The notes beneath the pieces were generated by a model. That model was not told where the DNA came from, made no database searches, and saw only the letters and a list, made by a program, of their open reading frames with translations. The translations under genes and the position numbers were made by a program. A stretch of 64,000 nucleotides of DNA from an uncultured delta proteobacterium (GTDB lineage: Bacteria > Myxococcota > UBA727 > VGSZ01). Shown piece after piece: positions 61,661 through 64,000 of the stretch (position 1 is its first letter; every line of letters begins with the position of its first letter). The stretch is taken from assembly GCA_963775425.1 (NCBI GenBank), contig CAVZJB010000017.1, positions 288,001 through 352,000 of the forward strand, given 5' to 3'.

Positions 61661-62137
61661 TCAGGCCGCCGCGGGAAACGGCGCGGTCATCGACAGGGCC
61701 CGCTTGGTGAGCGCCGCCCGGGCCGCCGGGAGGTCGAGCTCGTCGGCGGTGATGTCGCGCAGCTCCTCGATGTCCAACGGGTCCATGTCCTCGTCGACGA
61801 GGACGCTGGTGTACTCGCGCGCGTGCTGGAACTGCCGCGCGAGCTCCGTGGCGCCGATGGAGCGGAAGAGCATCTCCACGCCGCGGACGTCGCGCTCCCG
61901 GCGGACCTCCATGAAGGCTCCTGCGAGGCACTCGGTCTCTTCGATGTCTTCGAGCGCGCGCGCCGCCAACAGGATCTGGCGCCAGCCGTCCGGCAACCGG
62001 CGCGCGATCTTGCCGAAGCCGACGTCGCGCGCGTCGGCGCGCTCCTCGATGACGGCAACCAGCTCCGGAATGACGTCGCCGCGCAAGGCCCGGATCTCCT
62101 CGACGGAGACCGAAGAAAATGCGTCGCGTTTGTTCAT
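61661..62137 (-). CDS. Hypothetical acidic protein (158 aa)
   Basis: ATG 62137 (MNKRDAFSS...); coding-like codon usage; no motif recognised. Confidence 0.65.
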   Translation of the reverse strand: MNKRDAFSSVSVEEIRALRGDVIPELVAVIEERADARDVGFGKIARRLPDGWRQILLAARALEDIEETECLAGAFMEVRRERDVRGVEMLFRSIGATELARQFQHAREYTSVLVDEDMDPLDIEELRDITADELDLPAARAALTKRALSMTAPFPAAA

Positions 62138-62286
62138 GAGGCACCCCCTCACCCCAAATCTCGCACGCTGCGCGCGAGCGGTGACGAAGAGATCAGCTTC
62201 GAGACACTCCGCCGGGCGCACGCTTGACGACCGCCGAAAAAATTGCTTGCCCACGATGAAACGAACGCGCGTGGTACCGTGCCGAC

Positions 62287-63789
62287 ATGCGCGTCGCTCT
62301 CGCCTGCGCCCTCTGCTTCGTGGCGACGGTCGCGGCCGCGTGCCGGCTCTTCGGCGTCGGCCTCGCCTGCGACACCGACCCGCAGTGCCCTCCCGGCGAA
62401 CGCTGCGTCGAGGGCACCTGCGACGGCGCGGCCGCACCGCCGGACGGCGCCGAGGGCGAGGGAGAAGGAGAAGGTGAAGGTGAAGGTGAAGGAGAAGGAG
62501 AAGGTGAAGGTGAAGGTGAAGGTGAAGGTGAAGGTGAAGGTGAAGGTGAGGGCGAGTGTCCCGCGCCGCCGCCCGTCGACCCGTCGCAGTGCGACGGGCC
62601 CGGGGCGATCATCGATCGCTTCGACCAGGGCGCGCTCGACGACGAGCTCTGGGCGCGGCTGTACACCCCCGGCGTCGACGGCGCCGAGGACTTCTCGGGC
62701 GGGTTCCTCGATCTCACCGGCACCGACGCGCGCGCCATCAGCCACGCGCCCGTCATCGTCTCCAGCGGCGCCACGGTCGATGCGTTCGTCCTCGACGCCG
62801 TCGCCGCCGACGGCCACGTCGCCTTCGGCCTGCGCGCGCGGCTCAGCGCTCCGCTCGACGCGTTCATCGAGGTCGACAACGGCAAGATCCGCCTGCGCAC
62901 GACCCAGGATGCGACGCTCTTCACCCCGTACGACAAGGACGTCGACTCCATCTGGAGCCTCCGCGCCGAGGGCGATCGCATCTTCGCCGAAACGCGCTCC
63001 GCCGACGGGTCCACGGCGCGCGCGCTCGGCGATCTTCCGCTCGACCCCGCGTTCGCCCGCAGTCACCTGTTCTTCGAGGTCGTGGGCGGCGGCGCCACGA
63101 GCGAGCTGAAGCTGCAGGACGTCAACGGGCGGGCGGGGAGCCAGGAGTTCTGCTCCGTCGAAGCGCTCAACGACACGTTTTGCGACGGTGCAGCGGCGCC
63201 GTTGTTCGTCGCCGTCGACCAGTCCATCAACAACGCGCCCGACGACTGCCTCATCAGCGAGGACATCGGCGTTCGCTTCCGTGTCTCGGGTGCCAGCGAC
63301 GACACGAGCTGCTTCTACGCCACGCCCAACGTCTACTCCGTCACCAACCGCGCCTTCTCGGTGCGCATCAACACGAGCGACATCTTCGACGCCGGCACCT
63401 TCATCGGCGGCGCCGCCTTCGCGTTCGCCGTGCGCGATCCGCTCACCGGCCTCCCCTACGGAATGGTGGTCCGCGGCGACACCGGCGCGGGCTGCGGTCT
63501 GCTGTCGTCGCGCCTCGGCGAGCTGGAGATAGACGGCAACAACCCGAGGGCCGGCGCGTTCGGCAGCGACACACCGGGCGTCGACTTTCGCGCGGCGCGG
63601 TCGGTGCAGATCGTGATGGAGAGCGGCGCCGTCAACTGCGAGATCTTCGACGGCCAGGGCAACGAGATCTACAGCGCCCACGAGGCGGGCACGGTCGCCG
63701 TCACCGATGCCGCGTTCCTCGAGCTCGGGGTCTTCGGCTTCGACGCCTTCCAAGGCCCTGCGTCCGTGCTCGTGCTGCCGATTCCTTGA
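62287..63789 (+). CDS. Secreted/lipoprotein with Cys mini-domain and (GE)n linker
   Basis: Signal peptide with AAAC, CDTDPQCPPGERCVEGTC, GE repeat and beta-rich body. Confidence 0.8.
   Translation: MRVALACALCFVATVAAACRLFGVGLACDTDPQCPPGERCVEGTCDGAAAPPDGAEGEGEGEGEGEGEGEGEGEGEGEGEGEGEGEGEGECPAPPPVDPSQCDGPGAIIDRFDQGALDDELWARLYTPGVDGAEDFSGGFLDLTGTDARAISHAPVIVSSGATVDAFVLDAVAADGHVAFGLRARLSAPLDAFIEVDNGKIRLRTTQDATLFTPYDKDVDSIWSLRAEGDRIFAETRSADGSTARALGDLPLDPAFARSHLFFEVVGGGATSELKLQDVNGRAGSQEFCSVEALNDTFCDGAAAPLFVAVDQSINNAPDDCLISEDIGVRFRVSGASDDTSCFYATPNVYSVTNRAFSVRINTSDIFDAGTFIGGAAFAFAVRDPLTGLPYGMVVRGDTGAGCGLLSSRLGELEIDGNNPRAGAFGSDTPGVDFRAARSVQIVMESGAVNCEIFDGQGNEIYSAHEAGTVAVTDAAFLELGVFGFDAFQGPASVLVLPIP
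62448..62556 (+). repeat. (Gly-Glu)n coding repeat
   Basis: gaaggt/gaagga hexamer array. Confidence 0.9.
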
Positions 63790-63792
63790 GGC

Positions 63793-64000
63793 TCAAGCGC
63801 GCACGAGGGTGAGCCTGGTGACCTCGCTCGTCACCCAGGTGTGGGGCAGCGGCGGTCCCCAGTAGCCGGTGCCCAGCTCAACAGATCGGCGCCGAAGCCG
63901 TGGTGAAAGCGGGTGAAGCGCAGCAGGAACGACGCCGGCCAGATGACGACGAGGAGACCCAAGGCGCCCCACGCCGCCCCGCGCGCCGGGACGGACCAGA
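63793..64000 (-). pseudogene. Internally deleted metallophosphoesterase (YkuE/YaeI-like) remnant, partial
   Basis: A TM-like frame (GAAWGALGLLVVIWPASFLLRF...ADLLSW) joins out of frame to the C-terminal GTGYWGPP....SEVT.LTL motif. Confidence 0.55.

Overview
Very GC-rich, densely coding bacterial DNA. The gene content (cysteine-rich DUF4215-type repeats, FHA protein, pseudokinase, DUF4388 regulator, large alpha-2-macroglobulin, orphan PhnD-like protein) suggests Myxococcota/Deltaproteobacteria; this is inference. About 45 genes are supported, including eutBC, a hexose-6-P mutarotase, an ATP-dependent DNA ligase, an AddAB-like helicase-nuclease pair, a CASTOR/POLLUX-like channel, class III FBPase, a diguanylate cyclase, PaaZ-like and generic ALDHs, MATE, an RlmN-like enzyme, DUF47-Pit, GH1, a two-component system with a vWA lipoprotein, a DAACS symporter and MoxR-vWA. 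No rRNA, tRNA or CRISPR array was seen. The best candidate for an undescribed system is the tightly coupled unit at 4348-7781: a small protein with a PC4-like ssDNA-binding signature, a RecA/RadA/KaiC-fold ATPase with a prion-like N-terminal tail, and an ATP-dependent ligase, lying about 1.5 kb from the AddAB-like pair. The second focus is the accessory patch at 46184-49064. It holds a degenerate IS1182-like element inserted at a stop codon, with long hairpins in both non-coding ends, and a 1.1-kb mosaic islet bounded by a 36-bp direct repeat of the GH1 3' end. All family assignments come from motif recognition by eye; no database searches were run.
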